Part shown: positions 61,638 through 64,000 of the stretch, piece by piece | Position numbering within the stretch: position 1 is the first letter of the stretch | How the letters are laid out: the number at the start of each line of letters is the position of its first letter | From: Vitrella brassicaformis CCMP3155 | Taxonomy: Eukaryota > Protista > Chromerida | Assembly: GCA_001179505.1 (NCBI GenBank) | Contig: CDMY01000321.1 | Location: 1 to 64,000, forward strand | Direction of reading: 5' to 3' | Length of the DNA stretch: 64,000 nt | The notes under the pieces: generated by a model | What the model saw: only the letters and a program-made list of their open reading frames with translations | Told to the model about the DNA's origin: nothing | The model's database searches: none | Translations under genes and position numbers: made by a program

Positions 61638-62061
61638 TGTGAAGAGAGATACTTTCAGACAGACAGACAGCTGTGGGTGTTTCTGACACGATTTTCAACC
61701 GTTGGTTGAGTGACATTTTGCTGTTGCCCTTTCTGCCGCCCTTTCTCGCCTGCTACTTACACGTGAGCGCATGTGCATGGGTGACATTTTGATGGATGGT
61801 TAATACGCCGAGTGCTGAGGGAAGTGAATCGATCTCGGTGCCTGCTGACACCTGTTGTCGATTCCCAATGAGCTTCGTATCGCGCCAGACATGCACTGTG
61901 TCAGCACACACAGGACAAAACAGCGCTCTTCGCACCTCACGCACACTCGCAGAGCCGACAGGAAGATAGACAGACAGATAGATACACGGACAGAAAACGC
62001 ACACACACAAAACACGGAAAAAGCGACGACTTCCACCACATACAACCTTTTAACCATTCAC

Positions 62062-62673
62062 TCATTCGGTCTTGCCCCTGCCCCCCGGCCACACCACCCT
62101 CCCCACAACGTCATACTTTGACTCGAACTTGGTCTCCCAGTCGGCCAGTACCTGCTTCTCGCTCGCCGCCAAGTCATCCCAGTCGGTCCGGTTCATCTCG
62201 GACGCCTCGAACGACATGCGCGCCAGGGCGCGGGAGGCGTCCTTGCCGGCGAAGCAGTTGTAGCCCGCACCGGGGCCGTAGAAATCACGGCCGCTGGGGT
62301 GGCTCGTCATGTCAAACACCTTCCCTGTCACACACACATGGGAAGCACAGACACATACACAGGGAGGACAGGACAGATCCATCTATTCATCCATGTGTGT
62401 CTGCTCACCTCTGACTGCAATGTAGATGGGCCGCCCGTCCCTCCCGTCATACTGCGAGAGCTCCTCGAGGCTGAAATCCTTCGGACACGGATCTGGCTTG
62501 GGCGGCTTGACGAAGGGCCTCTCCTCCTTCCCTATCGATGGCTCCATGCCAGCAAAGCCCGCTCCTTTGCCCTTCATGTAGAGGAAGATGGCGAGGCAGG
62601 CGGCGCCGCCCACCGCTGCTGCGCCGAGGAAAGCAACGCTCGGTGATTGCAGCCACTCCAGCAACTCATCCAT
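62062..62673 (-). CDS. Membrane-associated progesterone receptor (MAPR/PGRMC/Dap1)-type cytochrome b5-like heme/steroid-binding protein
   Basis: N-terminal TM; [20 protein letters not shown]|[42 protein letters not shown]. Confidence 0.93.
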
Positions 62674-62724
62674 TGCGATGAAAAGGTGCCGACGAGCGGC
62701 GACGAAGCGCCGCAGTGTTGGTTG

Positions 62725-62732
62725 TGCGAGCT
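62725..62732. promoter_or_regulatory. TGCGAGCT in the MAPR/Zn-finger spacer
   Basis: Exact octamer starting 52 nt from the MAPR start codon. Confidence 0.55.
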
Positions 62733-62954
62733 GGTGTTTCCAACAGGGTTTGGGTTGCAGGGTTTGGGTCTCATACAAACGAGGAAAGGAGAGTCACGGG
62801 AGCTCACCTCACACACACTGTAGGTCTTTTTTCACCGTCCGGCTCCCTCTCCTGAAGACAGGTAAGACGAGAAGCAGGCAAACACGATACAGTGGACGAG
62901 TGGATTGGATGGTGTCCTCTGTGTGTGTGCAGGGAATAGGGTTACTTCGTGCAG

Positions 62955-64000
62955 ATGAAGCAGCAGTGCAGTGTCTGCCACCGCTTTCTGTCGCCATCTG
63001 ACTTTGGGAAGGCATGGACGGGTACCGACGGCTCGATCTGCCGACGCTGCAGCCGGGTTATGACCTGCCGCTCGTGCCATGAGTGGCTCCCTCTGTCCCA
63101 ATTCGCTAGTAAAGAGCGCGCCAGAAGAAGCCCGCAGTGTGTTGCGTGCCACGATAGCGTCGAAAGTCGTGGCGGCACGGAGGACCTCGACTTGAGTCTG
63201 CGGACCCACCTGCGGCATCGGTTTGCTGCGGCGTGTGCGTTGGGTCAGCATGGGGTGGCCAAGGGAAAGGAGATCCCTACGCTGCCCAAAGAGGTCGTAG
63301 ACAAGGTGACATGAGAAGCTGTTTGTGCTGCAGGTGTTGGTCTCTCACTACTGGTGTTGCTGTGTGTTTTCGTTCAGGTGGTTGGTTTTGTGTATACGCC
63401 CTGGATCATCGAGTGCCTCGATTGGATCCACTGTAAGTGAACACACACCTCACACCGTGGGGCCCGGCCAGACATCCCTCGGACCGTCGTTTTGCTCTTT
63501 CCTTCAGGTACCCTGTGCAGCGACCAGTTCACCATCCACCAGACCTCCCTGGCTGACCACTTGGCGTCTAAGAAGCACACAGACCTGCTCGCGGCCGTGG
63601 CGAGCGGCAGCAAGGTGCCCATATGGCGGTGCTCTGCCGACCTCATGAGGCGGTTGCGAGATGGGCTGGGGCTGACGGGGCGCTTCTGCGGGCCTGACCA
63701 GGTAGAAACCGCCCTGGCGCTGAGGTCGGTAGCTGCCACCAGGATCCCCAGGCACTTCTTCCCCAATGGTGAGTACGAGAGATACACCACACCACACCGA
63801 CGAACCGCAACACGCTCGTGTGTACTCATGAGATGTGGCGTCTTGTGTGCTGTGTTGTGTGAGTGCAGCTGCACGGCGGAAGGATTGGTGCACGGCCGAG
63901 CAGTACGCCGTGGCGTTGAGCGCCTTTGAGACGTCAAAGGAGGCCAAGGCGCGGCGGGCGATGGAGGAGAAGGGATCAGTTAAGACGAGACGGTGGCAGC
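62955..64000 (+). CDS. Multi-zinc-finger protein (partial; runs off window end)
   Basis: CSVC..F..CRRC, CRSC..F..CVAC, then IPTLPKEVVDK|V, then WIH|CTLC...HLASKKH (matrin/U1-type C2H2). A 5'-UTR intron lies at ~62862-62931. Confidence 0.65.

Larger units (their letters stand above)
860..62400. repeat. Pervasive intronic/UTR microsatellites: (TG/CA)n, (GACA/TGTC)n, (GGAT/ATCC)n, (GAGT/ACTC)n, (GA)n
   Basis: Examples at 13871-13917, 16045-16064, 16337-16358, 16670-16686, 25441-25461, 33975-34020, 49028-49047 and 50840-50880; almost all lie in introns or UTRs. Confidence 0.95.

Noticed and set aside
1-64000. CRISPR array, transposase/RT ORFs, rRNA
   Set aside because: There are no regularly spaced repeat-spacer units (only simple microsatellites), no RT/integrase/transposase motifs and no rRNA-like sequence.

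Overview
Gene-dense, intron-rich, GC-rich eukaryotic nuclear DNA. It is most consistent with a photosynthetic alveolate such as the chromerid Vitrella; this is an inference from the short microsatellite-laden GT-AG introns, bipartite signal+'AF' plastid leaders and RAP/OPR-type proteins. I reconstruct about 28 spliced genes by eye. Recognisable products are an importin-alpha-like ARM protein, a flavin polyamine oxidase, a plastid OPR/HPR-like repeat protein, a vWA alpha-kinase, a TRMT2A-like tRNA methyltransferase, a hybrid histidine kinase, a large ANF-like/Cys-rich/multi-TM receptor, a DHDH-like oxidoreductase, an APE1(DUF2854)-glutaredoxin fusion, a DEK-C protein, an ABHD4/5-like hydrolase, a SAM protein, CCDC57-like, ADPRM, GFA/CENP-V, a RAP-like protein, TRIR-like, CSP41a-like, a MAPR/cyt-b5 protein and a multi-Zn-finger protein; the rest are orphans. 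The main unexplained structure is that 20 genes sit in 10 head-to-head pairs with only 84-346 nt between start codons, and 8 of the 10 spacers carry an exact TGCGAGCT/AGCTCGCA octamer (the other two carry a 1-mismatch copy). This is a candidate bidirectional-promoter element. Other notable items: an in-frame TGA at a conserved Trp of the alpha-kinase (a locus flanked by a ~55-bp direct repeat), an apparent +1 frameshift at the histidine-kinase G1 box, a 7-nt microexon in ADPRM, and complementary (CA/GACA)...(TG/TGTC) repeats at opposite intron ends. I saw no tRNA, rRNA, CRISPR array or intact transposon. Exon boundaries and family assignments come from manual motif recognition, not database searches.
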